A stretch of DNA of 63,851 bases, filler included, from an uncultured Methanoregulaceae archaeon (lineage in GTDB: Archaea > Halobacteriota > Methanomicrobia > Methanomicrobiales > Methanospirillaceae), in the NCBI GenBank assembly GCA_964530035.1. It is 4 parts of 4 records of this genome, joined end to end, with 100 filler letters (N's around TTAATTAATTAA, not from the genome) between each part and the next. Parts side by side here need not be neighbours in the genome. Positions count along the whole stretch, not along the records: positions 1 to 19,208 come from CAZGXZ010000029.1; positions 19,309 to 38,395 come from CAZGXZ010000030.1; 2 more parts are not named here. One strand, given 5' to 3'. The translations under genes and the position numbers were made by a program. Positions 10,686-23,368 of this stretch are shown one piece after another (the stretch's first letter is position 1; each line of letters starts with the position of its first letter). The notes under the pieces are model-generated. The model ran no database searches. It was given only the letters and a program-made list of their open reading frames with translations, and was not told the origin of the DNA.

Positions 10686-12377
10686 ATGAAAACCCCCTTA
10701 CTTCTCTTTTCCTTCGCCCTGCTGGCGCTTCTCCTGATTTCCTCGGCTTCGGCGGCCCCGCCTTTGCCGGCGGAATTCTACGGTACCGTTTCGATCGACG
10801 GAAAAGCGGCACCATCGGGGACGACCATCGTGGCCAAGATAAACGGCCAGCAGCGCGGGTCCATTACGACGAGTTCGAGTGGCGTGTATGGTTCGGGAAC
10901 GGGAGCATTCAGTGAGCGGCTTGTCGTGGTCGCGACCGAGGACGACCTTGCAAAGGGCACTCCGACCGTTGAGTTCACCATAGCAGGAAAGGCAGCAATC
11001 CAGAAGGTCCCATTCCAGCCCGGCATCGCGACAAACCTCGACCTGTCTACCGGCGGAAGCCCGGTCACGACAAAGCCGACCACTGCTCCGACCACGAAGC
11101 CTACGACAAAGCCCACCGGGCAGCCAACCGGGACTGCGGTTTCAACACTTCTCCCGAGTCTCCCCCATAGTTTCTACGGGACGGTCATCGCCTATGGCAA
11201 ACCCGTCTCCACCGAAGGGACCGTGGAGGCCAGGGTTTATGGCCGTACCATCAGCGGTCCGAACAACCCGGTGTATGTCATGGGTGACAGCCGTTTCGGA
11301 GGTTCAGGCGCCCTGGAACAGAAACTTATCGTTCAGGGAGGCATTTCCGAAGGTGCTCCCGTGGAGTTCTGGGTCACCGATAAGAACTACCTGAGGGCGG
11401 CCAAAGCCCGGGTAAAGTCGGTCCAGGAAGCCTCAGGCTGGATGAACTCCTATCCTTACCAGAGTGGTAAGACGACCGAGCTCATCATCGAGGTTACAAC
11501 CAGTTCCAGTGGCAGCGGTACCGGTGGCGGAGGTGGGGGCAGCTCGGGTGATGGTGGTAGTGATAACCAGTACGATACCTACATCAACCCAAACCCAAAA
11601 CCGACTGCAACCGCCTATGCATCAAGGACAACGGCACCCACCGTTCCCGTGGGAAGCGGGATGATCCCCCTGTCCGCGAACGGCACGGTATTAAACCCGG
11701 TTGATATTGTTTCCGAGGACGGCATCGCATCGGTTTCACTCGCAACCGGGGTGCAGCCGGTTGACGCCGCCGGAAAGCCCCTTGAAAACATCAGGATTGT
11801 TAAGGTGAACCAGGGAGATGTCCCGTCAGCAGGACCGACCTTCACCTTTTCTGGTATTGCCTACGACTTCAAGCCTGACGGAGCGTCCTTTTCACCTGGC
11901 GCGACTATCCGGTTCCTTGTCCCCCAGGACAAATGGGGCGCTGTAAGCCAGCAGGAGATAAAGGCAAAATGGTATAACCCGACCTCGAAGTCCTGGGAGG
12001 ACGTTCCGGCCACCGTCGACCCGACAGCACGGACGGTCACGATGACCGTCAGTCATTTCAGCATGTACGGCCTCTTCAACCCGGTACCGACACCCACGCC
12101 GGAACCGGTGGTCATCCGGACGCCCACACCCACACCGACGCCTGCAGGGCTACCGATCATCGGGGCACTTCCCTTTTACCTGTTGCTCCTCCTGATCGTC
12201 ATCATCGTCATCGTCGTGGTTGTCATCATCCTCATCATCTATCTCATGAAACGCCGCGGAGGCGGAGGGGATGTGGATGAAGGCGAGCAGGAAGAGGAAA
12301 CGGAAGAGGCAGAGCAACCAGGAGAGGTCTCCTCCCTCGATGACCTCGACCTCGATGATGAAGACCTCAAGATCTAA
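10686..12377 (+). CDS. Membrane-anchored surface protein with two PxxFYG domains, C-terminal TM helix and acidic tail
   Basis: ATG at 10686 after GGAGGGTG; signal peptide; repeats PPLPAEFYGTV and PSLPHSFYGTV; Thr/Pro and Gly linkers; long hydrophobic helix followed by KRR and a D/E-rich tail. Confidence 0.88.
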   Translation: MKTPLLLFSFALLALLLISSASAAPPLPAEFYGTVSIDGKAAPSGTTIVAKINGQQRGSITTSSSGVYGSGTGAFSERLVVVATEDDLAKGTPTVEFTIAGKAAIQKVPFQPGIATNLDLSTGGSPVTTKPTTAPTTKPTTKPTGQPTGTAVSTLLPSLPHSFYGTVIAYGKPVSTEGTVEARVYGRTISGPNNPVYVMGDSRFGGSGALEQKLIVQGGISEGAPVEFWVTDKNYLRAAKARVKSVQEASGWMNSYPYQSGKTTELIIEVTTSSSGSGTGGGGGGSSGDGGSDNQYDTYINPNPKPTATAYASRTTAPTVPVGSGMIPLSANGTVLNPVDIVSEDGIASVSLATGVQPVDAAGKPLENIRIVKVNQGDVPSAGPTFTFSGIAYDFKPDGASFSPGATIRFLVPQDKWGAVSQQEIKAKWYNPTSKSWEDVPATVDPTARTVTMTVSHFSMYGLFNPVPTPTPEPVVIRTPTPTPTPAGLPIIGALPFYLLLLLIVIIVIVVVVIILIIYLMKRRGGGGDVDEGEQEEETEEAEQPGEVSSLDDLDLDDEDLKI

Positions 12378-12659
12378 CTTTTTTGCCGATATTCCGGACT
12401 GTGGTCAATATCACGGGGGAATTTTATTATGAAACAGGTCCGGGACCGACACGACTGTCCGCCCGGTACAGATATTCGGCAATTACCCCGGCATACCTGT
12501 CCGAATCACAGATAACGTCCCCAGCGCAGGACACGCATAAAAACCTCCCTTGACACTGCGCTCCCTGTTGTGCCGGGTCGGGGCATCGCCATCCTGCCCG
12601 CACGATGACTACGACCAAAAAGCGACTTATTAACAATAAAACTACAATAGAGAGATCTG

Positions 12660-13412
12660 ATGCCGATAACCGTACTTCCTGTAACAGGTCTTCCCCTGAT
12701 CCAACGCGGTGATGACCTTCCCTCCATGATAACCGACCGGGTCCAGGTCGAAAATGGAGATATCCTATGCATAGCCTCATCGGTGTACTCAAAATCAAAG
12801 GGTTATACGCGGCTGCTGGCCGAAATAACACCGGGTAACCGTGCGGCAAGAATCGGAAAGTGGACGGGTGAAGACCCACGGTTTCTCCAGGCAGTCCTCG
12901 ACGCCTCTACCGACGTGCTGCTGGAGTACCCGTTCATCCTGTCAGAAGTCGCAGGCGGACATATTGGAGTCCGTGCCGGTGTTGACCAGAGCAACATCGA
13001 TGACGGGATGGTCATCCTCCTGCCGCCCGATTCCATGAAAGCAGCTGCAGAGGTCAGGCAGCGCATCCTTGAAATCACCGGGAATGCAGCCGGAGTCATT
13101 ATCACAGATACCGTCGGGAGAGCGTTCCGCCGCGGCCAGACGGGAAATGCAATCGGCTGGAGCGGTGTCCATGCCATCCGGGACTTCCGCGGGGATACTG
13201 ACCTTTTCGGCCATGTCCTTAAGATAACCGAAGAGGCAGTTGTCGATGAGATCGCGGGATTTGCAAACTTTGTCATGGGAGAGAGCAATAACGGAGTCCC
13301 GGCTGTCCTCATGAAAGGCTGCGGGGACTGGTCAGGCCATGATGACCTCTATTACCGGAAGGATGAGGATATCATGAGACGGCTCCTCCAGGAACCGCCT
13401 AAAAGGGAATAA
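12660..13412 (+). CDS. cofE: Coenzyme F420-0:L-glutamate ligase
   Basis: Motifs GLPLIQRGDDL, AGVDQSN, VIITDTVGRAFRRGQT, DLFG, VDEIA. Confidence 0.93.
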   Translation: MPITVLPVTGLPLIQRGDDLPSMITDRVQVENGDILCIASSVYSKSKGYTRLLAEITPGNRAARIGKWTGEDPRFLQAVLDASTDVLLEYPFILSEVAGGHIGVRAGVDQSNIDDGMVILLPPDSMKAAAEVRQRILEITGNAAGVIITDTVGRAFRRGQTGNAIGWSGVHAIRDFRGDTDLFGHVLKITEEAVVDEIAGFANFVMGESNNGVPAVLMKGCGDWSGHDDLYYRKDEDIMRRLLQEPPKRE

Positions 13413-13459
13413 AACAAAGGACCCCGGATGGTTCTCTCCGGGGGTGACAGGTCCGCCCT

Positions 13460-15106
13460 TTATGAACGCAGCACAGCCCCCTTGTCGGCCTGTTCGACAA
13501 GGGCTGCATACCGGACGAGGACCCCGGTGATCTCCTTTTTCGGTGGGACGACCTTCTTCCTCCGCTCCGCGAGCTCTCCTGGCTGGACGTGGAGGTCTAT
13601 CCGGTCTTCATGGAGGTTGATGGTTATCCGGTCCCCGTCCTGCACAAGGCCGATCGGGCCGCCTGCCGCTGCCTCGGGTGCCACGTGACCCACGCACGGC
13701 CCGCGGGTCCCGCCTGAGAACCGGCCATCGGTGACCAGGGCGACCTTCCTATACCCCTGGCCCATGATCGCAGAGGTTGGAGAGAGCATCTCGGGCATCC
13801 CGGGCGCTCCCTTCGGCCCCTCGTACCTGATGACGACGATGTCCCCTTCCCGGATACTCTTTTTCAGGATGGCATCCATGGCGTCTTTTTCCGAATCAAA
13901 GACCCTGGCAGGCCCGGTATGGTCCCACATGGCGTCCTCCACGGCACCGCACTTTATGACCGCCCCGTCAGGAGCAAGTGAGCCTCTCAGGACTTTCAGG
14001 CCTCCTGCTGCATGCACGGGTGTTGCGAGGGGAGATATGACCCGTTCGTCAAGGACCGGGTTTTCACGTGCAATAGCTGATATGGTCCGGCCAGATACGG
14101 TCGGGATATCATGCAGCGAGTCAATAAGCCGGTTCATGAGCGCCGGGATGCCCCCGGCCCGGTGAAGTGCCTGCATGGAATACGGGCCGCCTGGTTGCAT
14201 GTGGCACAGGTGGGGTGTCTTCCTGGCAATAGCGCTGAACGTGTCCATGGTGACCGGGACCTCCGCTTCCCGGGCAAGGGCGATCAGGTGTAGGACGGTA
14301 TTGGTCGATCCGCCCAGTGCCATATCGATGGTGATGGCGTTCTGGAAGCTTTTTTCCGTGAGGATATCCCTCGGGCAGATGCCTTTTCTGACAAGCTCAA
14401 CGACCTGTTCACCACTTTCACGTGCAATACGGAGTTTTCCAGCATCCACGGCAGGGATCGCGGCACAACCGGGCAGGGACATGCCAAGTGCCTCGGTCAT
14501 GCAGGCCATGGTGTTTGCCGTATAGAGGCCCTGGCATGAGCCGCACCCGGGCATTGCCGAGCGCTCCAGGGAGCACAACTCGGTCTCGCTCATCAGGCCA
14601 CCGGCACATTTCCCAACACCTTCAAAGATGTCGATGAGAGAGAGGTCATGCCCTTCGCGATAACCCGACAGCATCGGCCCGCCCGTGACCACGAGTGCCG
14701 GGATATTCATGCGCGCAGATGCCATCAGCATGCCCGGGATGATCTTGTCGCAGGTCCCGATGCAGACAATACCGTCGAACCGGTGTGCCTCCGCCATCAG
14801 TTCCACGGAGTCCGCGATATTCTCCCTCGAGGGAAGGGAATACCTCATCCCCTCGTGTCCCATGGCTATCCCGTCACAGATGCCGATGACCCCGAACTCG
14901 AACGGCACTCCTCCGGCGGCGGCAATTCCCTCCCGGACCCTGGCGGACAGGGTTTTTAAGTGGGTATGCCCTGGGACGATGTCGCTCCAGGCATTGGCAA
15001 TGCCGATAAATGGCAGGTCCATCTCCCGGTCTGTGACACCAAGGGAGCGTAAAAGTGCCCTGTTCGGGGCACGCTGCAGGCCTTTCCTGACCTCATCGCT
15101 TCTCAT
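13460..15106 (-). CDS. ilvD: Dihydroxy-acid dehydratase
   Basis: Motifs [50 protein letters not shown]. Confidence 0.97.
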   Translation of the reverse strand: MRSDEVRKGLQRAPNRALLRSLGVTDREMDLPFIGIANAWSDIVPGHTHLKTLSARVREGIAAAGGVPFEFGVIGICDGIAMGHEGMRYSLPSRENIADSVELMAEAHRFDGIVCIGTCDKIIPGMLMASARMNIPALVVTGGPMLSGYREGHDLSLIDIFEGVGKCAGGLMSETELCSLERSAMPGCGSCQGLYTANTMACMTEALGMSLPGCAAIPAVDAGKLRIARESGEQVVELVRKGICPRDILTEKSFQNAITIDMALGGSTNTVLHLIALAREAEVPVTMDTFSAIARKTPHLCHMQPGGPYSMQALHRAGGIPALMNRLIDSLHDIPTVSGRTISAIARENPVLDERVISPLATPVHAAGGLKVLRGSLAPDGAVIKCGAVEDAMWDHTGPARVFDSEKDAMDAILKKSIREGDIVVIRYEGPKGAPGMPEMLSPTSAIMGQGYRKVALVTDGRFSGGTRGPCVGHVAPEAAAGGPIGLVQDGDRITINLHEDRIDLHVQPGELAERRKKVVPPKKEITGVLVRYAALVEQADKGAVLRS

Positions 15107-15419
15107 TCCTCATCACCTTTTTTCAGTCTGGAGTCATTACCTGCTGATGGTATTTCTACCCATCATATGACTTTCCCGCCGGGAATGTCCTGTCATGGTC
15201 ACCAGGAGGGAGCCAGCAGGGATGACCTTCGAATGCCCGCATGAAGGGGAGTGAGTCAGGGTACCTTTTACAGCGCAGGAAGCTGATCAGGGACATCCGC
15301 GTCTGGTTTCAACAAGGATACGCACAAAAAAAGGGACTGCCCGTGAGATCCGGCAGAGGGCACCTATCTTGTCAGGTTACCAAGGAAAAAACACGCCGGA
15401 ACGAACTGGAACGACCGGA

Positions 15420-17189
15420 TCACTCCTCTGCCTGGGCATAGTAGTATTGTCCCCGGGACCTCTGGTCACGGTCCAGGAAAGAGCCCGGCTTGTTGATCCT
15501 GGGCCTGCCGCTCTTGTCCCTGCGGAACGTGACCCCGAGTTCCTTTAAGAAGCGGTTCATCCCCTCCCTCATCAGGTACGGACCGGTTGCCGTCCCGGAG
15601 ATCCCGGGCTGTCCTTCAAAGACAAGGAGCCTTTCACTGATGATATCTATCACGTAGATGTCGTGGTCGATTACAAGGACCGCGGCGTCCTTGCCATCCA
15701 CGTGATGCCTGATGACCCGCGTGATCTTCACCCGCTGCTCAACGTCCAGGTGTGCCGATGGTTCGTCCAGGATGTAGAGGTCGGCGGGACGGGAGAGGCA
15801 GGCAGCGATGGACACCCGTTGCAGTTCTCCACCGGAGAGGGTGGAGAGCGGGGACTGGAGGAGAGGTTCAAGCGTGAGAGGTTCAAGGATCTCGTGCTGG
15901 TAATAGGAGGTTGAAAAGGTGTTCGTACAGGACCGGAGGAAAAATTCCACGGTGTCATCGGACTCTGCCTTCAGGTACTGGGGCTTGTAGGAGATCTTCA
16001 CCGACTCCCCGAGGGGGCCGGCATCAGGATCTGTCATTCCTGCGAGCAGCAGGGCAAAAGTACTTTTCCCGATCCCGTTGGCACCAACCACCCCGATGAC
16101 CTCTCCGGCCCGTATCTCGCCGCCTGATACCGTGAGACCAAACCGGTCGTATGTCTTGGTCATCGCGGGTATCTGGAGGAGAACGGAGCGGTCGGATCCC
16201 TTGTCGTGGGCCCGCTGCTCGAAGGTGACCTGGTGTTCCCTGAACCTGACGTTTTCCTCGACAAGGAACCCGTCAAGGTACTGGTTTATCCCGACCCTGA
16301 CCCCTTTCGGGCGGGTGATGATACCGAATGCCGCAGGTTTACCATACGCCACATTCACCGTGTCTGCAAGCATGTCGAGGATGGCAAGGTCATGCTCAAC
16401 AATGACGATCGGGCGTTCCTGGGCGAGCTGTCGGATGAGGTTCGCCGCGGTCATCCGCTGGTGGATATCAAGGAAGGGGGTAATCTCGTCAAGGAAATAA
16501 AAATCAGCCTCCCTGGACAGGCATGCAGTGAGCGCGATCCGCTGGAGTTCTCCTCCCGAGAGGGTGGTTATCGGGGTATCGAGGAGCGGACGGAGGGCGA
16601 GGGCATCCACGTACTCCTCCATCCTGCCACGTTCATTGGTCGTTTTCAGGAGGTCCCCGACATTCCCCTTGAAGACGGCAGGAATATGGTCGATATACTG
16701 CGGCTTGACAGCCACCCTGATCTTTTTCTCGGAGAGGGTCTGGAGGTATTCAAAAAGCTCCGTTCCTGCATATTGCCTGAGGATAGCACCCCATTCCTGA
16801 CCGGCATCCTCAAGCCCGAGGTTCGGCCTGAGCTGTCCGGACAGGATTTTTACGGCCGTTGACTTCCCTATCCCGTTCGCACCAAGGACACCGGTAACCT
16901 TCCCTTCAACAGGGACCGGGAGACCGTACAGGACAAATCCGTTTTTCCCGTACCTGTGGGTGGGAAGGTCGAGCTCCTCCGGGAGGCTCACGATATCTAT
17001 CGCATCAAAGGGGCATTTCTTGACACAGATACCGCAGCCGACGCAGAGCTCCTCTGATATGACCGCCCTGCCCTCCTCCCCGATGACGACCGTCTCGTCA
17101 CCGGTCCTGACCCTCGGGCAGTACAGGATACACTCCGTCCCGCATTTTTTTGAGTGACACCGGTCCTTGTGGACAATAGCAATACGCAT
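15420..17189 (-). CDS. rli: ABCE1/RLI ribosome recycling ATPase
   Basis: N-terminal Fe-S Cys cluster (CVGCGICVKKCPFDAI) and two ABC domains (GANGIGKST, LSGGELQR). Confidence 0.96.
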   Translation of the reverse strand: MRIAIVHKDRCHSKKCGTECILYCPRVRTGDETVVIGEEGRAVISEELCVGCGICVKKCPFDAIDIVSLPEELDLPTHRYGKNGFVLYGLPVPVEGKVTGVLGANGIGKSTAVKILSGQLRPNLGLEDAGQEWGAILRQYAGTELFEYLQTLSEKKIRVAVKPQYIDHIPAVFKGNVGDLLKTTNERGRMEEYVDALALRPLLDTPITTLSGGELQRIALTACLSREADFYFLDEITPFLDIHQRMTAANLIRQLAQERPIVIVEHDLAILDMLADTVNVAYGKPAAFGIITRPKGVRVGINQYLDGFLVEENVRFREHQVTFEQRAHDKGSDRSVLLQIPAMTKTYDRFGLTVSGGEIRAGEVIGVVGANGIGKSTFALLLAGMTDPDAGPLGESVKISYKPQYLKAESDDTVEFFLRSCTNTFSTSYYQHEILEPLTLEPLLQSPLSTLSGGELQRVSIAACLSRPADLYILDEPSAHLDVEQRVKITRVIRHHVDGKDAAVLVIDHDIYVIDIISERLLVFEGQPGISGTATGPYLMREGMNRFLKELGVTFRRDKSGRPRINKPGSFLDRDQRSRGQYYYAQAEE

Positions 17190-17195
17190 GAAAGA

Positions 17196-17564
17196 TCAGG
17201 CGGGCTTCCCGGTCATCAGGAGCGTCCAGGTTATGAACCAGAACGCGAATGTCATGAAGCCCTGGTAGAACCAGTCTTTCTTGGTGAGGCCGTCACCACT
17301 GCACCTCATCAGGAAGAAGACGTGTTTCTGGAGGACAATCGATGCAAGCATAATGAGAAAGCCGAGGACCGACGTCGAGAATACATCTTCCCGGAGGGAA
17401 CTGCCGGCGGCGAATGATATGATACCAGCCACCATCCCCATCATGCATCCGACGAAGGTCCTTACAATCCGGTCACGGTACTCCTTGTGTTTATCCCTGG
17501 GAAGGCTCACTGCGTCCTTTTTTTCTTCAGGGGCTGCTGGGGTGCTAGAGGTCATCGGCGGCAT
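17196..17564 (-). CDS. Small conserved membrane protein (EMC6-like)
   Basis: Three TM helices, KDWFYQGFMTFAFWFITWTLL; lies directly upstream of RLI. Confidence 0.75.
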   Translation of the reverse strand: MPPMTSSTPAAPEEKKDAVSLPRDKHKEYRDRIVRTFVGCMMGMVAGIISFAAGSSLREDVFSTSVLGFLIMLASIVLQKHVFFLMRCSGDGLTKKDWFYQGFMTFAFWFITWTLLMTGKPA

Positions 17565-17614
17565 CAGATGCCTATTTTTTTAGCATTCGGAGGATATGTA
17601 ATTTGGTATCTTCA

Positions 17615-19208
17615 ATGGCGACCAGCAAGGGAATGAGTGGTATCGACCTTACAGCCGTCGTGGCGGAGATGGTCCCGCTCCTCCCGCTGTGGGTTGACAA
17701 GTGCTACCAGGGAGAGGGCGGGCTGTTCCTCTTAAGGCTGAACAGCAGGGAGAAGGGAAAATACCTGCTGCTTGTCGAACCCGGCCGCCGGGTACACCTG
17801 GTTTCTGCCATTCCTGATCTTCCAAAGGTACCTCCGGCTTTTGCCATGATCCTGAGAAAGCATCTCACGGGCGGAAGGATCGTTTCGATTTCCCAGGCAG
17901 GCCTCTCCCGGATCATGACCATCGGCATTCAGAAAAGGGACCAGCTCTACCACCTGGTCATCGAGGTCTTTGATGCCGGCAACATCGTCATCTGTGACGA
18001 ACAGTTCAGGATCGTCAGGGCATTGAGACCTCACCGTTTCAGGGACAGGGATGTTGTTCCCGGAGAGGTGTACCAGTACCCGGGAATGGACCTCTCCCTC
18101 CTCCCGGAAGAGGAGTTTAAGGCTCAGCTGCAGACGGACACGCGTGAAACGGTGAAGGTCCTTGCAATTGACGGGATGCTCGGGGGGGCATATGCCGAAC
18201 TTGTTTGCAGCATGGCCGGCGTCAATAAGTCCACACCAGCAGGTGAGACTGATGTGCCTGCCCTGTATAGGGCATATCACTCGCTGATAGATCAGATCAA
18301 GTCAGAACGGCACCCGGTGCTCGGATCAGCCGGTGTGCATCCAGTTCCCGTACCGGGATTTGAGGGGGCCCCTCACCCCTCCTTCCAGGCCGCCCTGGAG
18401 GCATTCTTCCCATTGACTCCCAGGAAAAGTGCCGAGCAGAAGGAAAAGGTCACCCGGGACGGGATAATCCGCAACCGCCAGGAGGCAGCAGTAAGGAAGT
18501 ACGATGAAAAGGCGGCGAAAAGCGAGGCTGCAGCCGAAGCGGTCTATGCAAACTACCAGCTCGTTTCTGAGGTTATCCGGACACTTACAAGCGCCTCGGA
18601 ACGCTACTCCTGGCAGGAGATAGCCGCCATTTTAAAAAAAGGGGATGGTGTGGCCAGGCAGATACGGGGGGTACACCCCGATGAGGCCTCGATAGACCTT
18701 GACCTTGACGGCGTTCTGGTCCGTATCCTGGTCCGTGACAGCATCGAGCAGAACGTCGGCAGGTACTACGAACAGGCCAAGAAGTTCAGGAAAAAGCGGG
18801 ATGGGGCAAAGGCCGCGATGGAAAGACCCGTCCCGGTCAGGAAGAAAGCAGCCAGGACTGCCGCACCCATGAAAAAACGCTGGTTTCACAGGTTTCGGTG
18901 GTTCTATACCAGTGACGGAGTCCTCGTCCTCGGAGGACGTGATGCCTCACAGAACGAGGAACTGGTTAAGAAATACATGGAAGGCAGGGACCGGTTCCTG
19001 CATGCAGATGTCCACGGCGCTTCGGTTGTCATCGTGAAAGGACAGACGGAACGCATGGACGAGGTGGCCCGGTTTGCCGCAGTGTTTTCCGGGGCCTGGA
19101 AAGCCGGGCACCATTCGGCTGATGTCTATTCAGTCCGTCCAGACCAGGTAAGCAAGACACCTGAGTCAGGGGAGTTCGTGAGCAGGGGGTCGTTCATCGT
19201 CCGCGGCG
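17615..19208 (+). CDS. rqcH: Ribosome rescue protein RqcH/Rqc2 (NFACT family), 3' end lost in gap
   Basis: Motifs MSGIDL, FAMILRKHL, WFHRFRWF, LGGRDASQNE, HADVHGAS, SKTPESGEF. Confidence 0.92.
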
Positions 19209-19308
19209 NNNNNNNNNNNNNNNNNNNNNNNNNNNNNNNNNNNNNNNNNNNNTTAATTAATTAANNNNNNNNNNNNNNNNNNNNNNNNNNNNNNNNNNNN
19301 NNNNNNNN
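19209..19308. other. Assembly gap/contig linker
   Basis: 100-nt N run with embedded TTAATTAATTAA. Confidence 0.98.
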
Positions 19309-19431
19309 TTCGGCTTTCAGAGCGTTCCCGGTCCCACCCGAACTGATCAGCGAATACCCGGCCAGGGACAGCAACCGTGCGAGCTCAACAATACCCGACT
19401 TGTCCCAGACCGAAAGGAGTGCCCACTTCAT
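19309..19431 (-). CDS. purH: 5' fragment of bifunctional AICAR formyltransferase/IMP cyclohydrolase, cut by gap
   Basis: Manual translation MKWALLSVWDKSGIVELARLLSLAGYSLISSGGTGNALKAE matches the PurH N-terminus (ALLSVxDKxG...SxGGT); absent from the ORF track. Confidence 0.88.
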
Positions 19432-19504
19432 GGTGGAAAGATAAGGCGCTCATGTAATATCAGAATGAGTTTCCGGGTGGTCCCGCTGCCTGGCCCGTGA
19501 ATCC

Positions 19505-19519
19505 CTAACTTTAAGTTAG
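19505..19519. promoter_or_regulatory. Candidate heat-shock repressor operator CTAAC-N5-GTTAG
   Basis: CTAACTTTAAGTTAG palindrome 130 bp upstream of grpE; same pattern as the Archaeoglobus HSR1 site. Confidence 0.6.
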
Positions 19520-19609
19520 TGCGTATTTTATCATTAAAAGTTTAAATTATGCTTATTTTTCTAATCTGAATTTAAAATAAAGTTATACCAGATCGTTTCT
19601 GACACATAA

Positions 19610-19618
19610 TTATATATA
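19610..19618 (+). promoter_or_regulatory. Probable TATA box for grpE-dnaK-dnaJ
   Basis: TTATATATA about 30 nt before the grpE ATG in an AT-rich spacer. Confidence 0.55.
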
Positions 19619-19649
19619 GAACCACAATACATTCATTATAGGCACGGCC

Positions 19650-20180
19650 ATGGAGCAGGACGCAGAAAACTCAAAAAATGACGCTCAAATGCAAGATAAA
19701 GACTTAAATCAGGAGAATCTTTCTCGTGTGGCCAATGGACCACACGAGTCCCCTGATGACAGGTATGAAGAGCTGAACAACCGGTTTCTGCGTCTTGCAG
19801 CTGATTTCGAAAACTACCGAAAAAGAACCGAACGCGACATGACCAACCGCATCGCCCTTGCAAACGAGGCCTTTGCCCGGGACATGCTCGAAGTCGCGGA
19901 TAACTTCGAAAGGGCTTTGAAAGATGAGAAAGAAGCGGCACGGGAAGGCATAGAAAAGATTAACAAACTTTTTGACAGTATCCTCGCGCGGCATGGGCTC
20001 ATCGCGATCGAATCTCTGGGAACACGGTTCAGTCCCCAGGAGCATGAAGCGATAGCCTGCATACCCGCTGACAAACCGGAGGGGACCGTGATCGAGGAGG
20101 TATCAAAAGGCTACTGCCTGAACGGAAAGGTTATCCGGTGCGCAAAGGTCGTAGTTTCGAAAGGAAGCGAGGAGGTGTGA
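19650..20180 (+). CDS. grpE: Nucleotide exchange factor GrpE
   Basis: Motifs [43 protein letters not shown]. Confidence 0.96.
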   Translation: MEQDAENSKNDAQMQDKDLNQENLSRVANGPHESPDDRYEELNNRFLRLAADFENYRKRTERDMTNRIALANEAFARDMLEVADNFERALKDEKEAAREGIEKINKLFDSILARHGLIAIESLGTRFSPQEHEAIACIPADKPEGTVIEEVSKGYCLNGKVIRCAKVVVSKGSEEV

Positions 20181-20185
20181 AAAAA

Positions 20186-22042
<1,857 letters not shown>

Positions 22043-22072
22043 TGACCAGTAACGACCGGGCGGCAGACCATC

Positions 22073-23212
22073 ATGGCAGCGGCTGATTTCTACGAGGTCC
22101 TCGGCGTACCCAGAAACGCCGATGAAAAAGAGATAAAAAAGGCATACCGCTCCATGGCCCGTAAATATCACCCGGACGTATGCAAGGAACCTGGTGCCGA
22201 GGAAAAGTTCAAGGAGATCAACGAAGCGTATAGTGTCCTGTCTGATGCCCAGAAGAGGCAGCAGTATGACCAGCTGGGGCACGATACCTTCACCAGCGCT
22301 TCGAAAGGACAGTACAGCAATACCGGGGGGTTCCACGGCGGAAGCGGTTTTTCAGCAGATTTCAGTGGATTTGGAGATATTTTCGACTTCTTTGGAGGTG
22401 GTTTCGGAGGCCATCGTCCGCAGGGGCCTGCCCGTGGCGGCGACCTGCTGATGAAGATGGAGATTACCCTTGACAATGCGGTGTTCGGAGCGGACCGTGA
22501 GATCGAAGTACTGCACACAGAGCCTTGTGAGCCATGCAACGGTACCGGCAGCGAGACCAAGAAGACCACCCCATGTACCCGCTGCGGGGGTTCTGGCCAG
22601 ATGAAACAGATGAGCCAGAGCATCTTCGGCCAGTTTGTCAGGATGACCACCTGCCCCGACTGCCAGGGAAGGGGCCGGGTCCCGGAACGCAGGTGTGGCT
22701 CTTGTCATGGCACCGGCTCTACGCGGGTCAAAAGAAAAGTCACCATCCATATTCCGGCAGGGGTGGAGTCAGGGATGCGCCTCCGCATGGAGGGGTATGG
22801 TGAACCCGGTGACCCCGGAGCTCCGAGCGGAGACCTTTACATTGAGATGTTCATCCGCAAGCACCCGGTTTTCACCCGGCACGGGGACGACCTCGAGATC
22901 GTCGTCGAAATCACACCAGCCCAGGCGGTCATCGGGTCAAAAATCGAGGTCATTACCCTTGACAAACGGACGGTGGAGGTCACGGTCCCCCAGGGCATCC
23001 AGCACAACACCGCCCTGAAGATACCGGGCGAGGGAGTACGGAAGCGGGGACGTCCGGGTGACCTTCTGGTGCGTGTCAGGATAACGACTCCGCGGCAGAT
23101 TTCTCAGGAAGAACGTGACCTGTACGAAAAAATTCTTGAAATTGAAGGTAAAAGGCAAAAAGAGGGTAAAAAAGGTTTTTTCAGCTCATTTCGGGGAAAA
23201 AAGGAAAAATAG
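22073..23212 (+). CDS. dnaJ: Chaperone DnaJ
   Basis: J domain with HPD, G/F-rich region, four CxxCxGxG repeats. Confidence 0.98.
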   Translation: MAAADFYEVLGVPRNADEKEIKKAYRSMARKYHPDVCKEPGAEEKFKEINEAYSVLSDAQKRQQYDQLGHDTFTSASKGQYSNTGGFHGGSGFSADFSGFGDIFDFFGGGFGGHRPQGPARGGDLLMKMEITLDNAVFGADREIEVLHTEPCEPCNGTGSETKKTTPCTRCGGSGQMKQMSQSIFGQFVRMTTCPDCQGRGRVPERRCGSCHGTGSTRVKRKVTIHIPAGVESGMRLRMEGYGEPGDPGAPSGDLYIEMFIRKHPVFTRHGDDLEIVVEITPAQAVIGSKIEVITLDKRTVEVTVPQGIQHNTALKIPGEGVRKRGRPGDLLVRVRITTPRQISQEERDLYEKILEIEGKRQKEGKKGFFSSFRGKKEK

Positions 23213-23368
23213 CCGCAAGAGTGCAACCAGCGGGGTGTGGACTGCAGTCAATTCAGGATCAGATTGATCCTGAAAATGCCCGATTTCCTCAATTTCAGCG
23301 TTTTTCACCTCATTTTCAGAATAGACGGGATAAAAACGTTAATTTATAAGATCAGTATAAAACTATGT

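Noticed and set aside
19253..19264. TTAATTAATTAA inside N runs (also 38440 and 56894)
   Set aside because: Identical artificial stop-codon linker in each 100-nt gap; not biological.
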